This document shows, piece after piece, positions 63,401 through 64,000 of a stretch of DNA of 64,000 nt. The notes under the pieces were generated by a model. The model searched no databases. It was given only the letters and a program-made list of their open reading frames with translations, and had not been told where the DNA came from. This stretch comes from Octopus bimaculoides (taxonomy: Eukaryota). The stretch covers positions 149,745,075 through 149,809,074 of the forward strand of contig NC_068981.1 of assembly GCF_001194135.2 (NCBI RefSeq), read 5' to 3'. Position 1 is the first letter of the stretch. The number at the start of each line of letters is the position of its first letter. A program made the position numbers and the translations under genes.

Positions 63401-64000
63401 AAAAATTAGACTTTAAAAAAAATCATATTTCCCATATTCGCAAACTCTGTATTTTTCTTCGTGGATAAAAACAAAATTCGAAAAGCAGTTAACAATTAAG
63501 AAATTTCGGTGGGGAGGGGGGAAATTATAATTTTGAAAACGTGATTTCTAGGCAAAATCAAAATCATATTGACCCCTTTTTATTTGATGAAACAGTACAT
63601 AGTTTGTGATCCTTCTGAAGAAAATAAATCACTTTCATGCACCCCCCCTTCACTTCTGGACAAACAATAGCTTCCATTATGCCAGTAATCCACTCCCCTA
63701 TATATCACCTAACAGAGTGCATTACGCATATCAACACAGAATCTAGCCAAATCATTTAGAGTTTACTGCTTCTTTTCATAATAGCTGTTTACAAATTGAC
63801 AAATGGATTTTTCCACATCTCTTCATTCGTTACTAAAAAATGAAATTATACAATGGACAACTTCAAATTGCTATGTCTTCCATCATATATGTTCCTTAAT
63901 CGTTCGCTCTTTTCAGCCATACCACCAAAACGAAGACATTCTTATTTATCTCTACAAACAAGGGCCGCAAAGAAAATGCCTCTATTTGTGCTCAAGAAAA

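Overview
AT-rich eukaryotic (animal) genomic DNA from a draft assembly, with 15 N-gaps that nearly all sit in microsatellites. I cannot establish any intact protein-coding gene. Almost every long ORF in the supplied track is an artefact of N-runs or (CA/TG/TA)n tracts. The repeat families look like those I recall from Octopus genomes; this is inference from memory, not a search. The window is a transposon graveyard: about 16 copies of a tRNA-derived SINE (family A), 6 full or partial copies of a second tRNA/CORE-like SINE carrying an internal microsatellite (family B), two Penelope-like element (PLE) relics (RT, one with GIY-YIG), several R4/Dong-type RT/RLE LINE fragments, an RTE 3' end, decayed LINE RT relics, and adjacent mariner and DD37D (maT-type) transposon relics. 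The most notable non-coding signals are: up to four minimal hammerhead-ribozyme-like motifs in different PLE-tail-like repeats (best at 39879-39913 and 59022-59053); a perfect 61-bp inverted repeat (15846-16041) plus several other foldbacks; R4/Dong ends nested at (TAA)n tracts with an in-frame (GAA)n poly-Glu expansion; a head-to-tail SINE quadruplet; a tRNA-Thr-like pseudogene; and a few unverified splice-site-bounded candidate exons near 54 kb and 60.8-63.4 kb. Family names come from motif recognition and need a database search to confirm.
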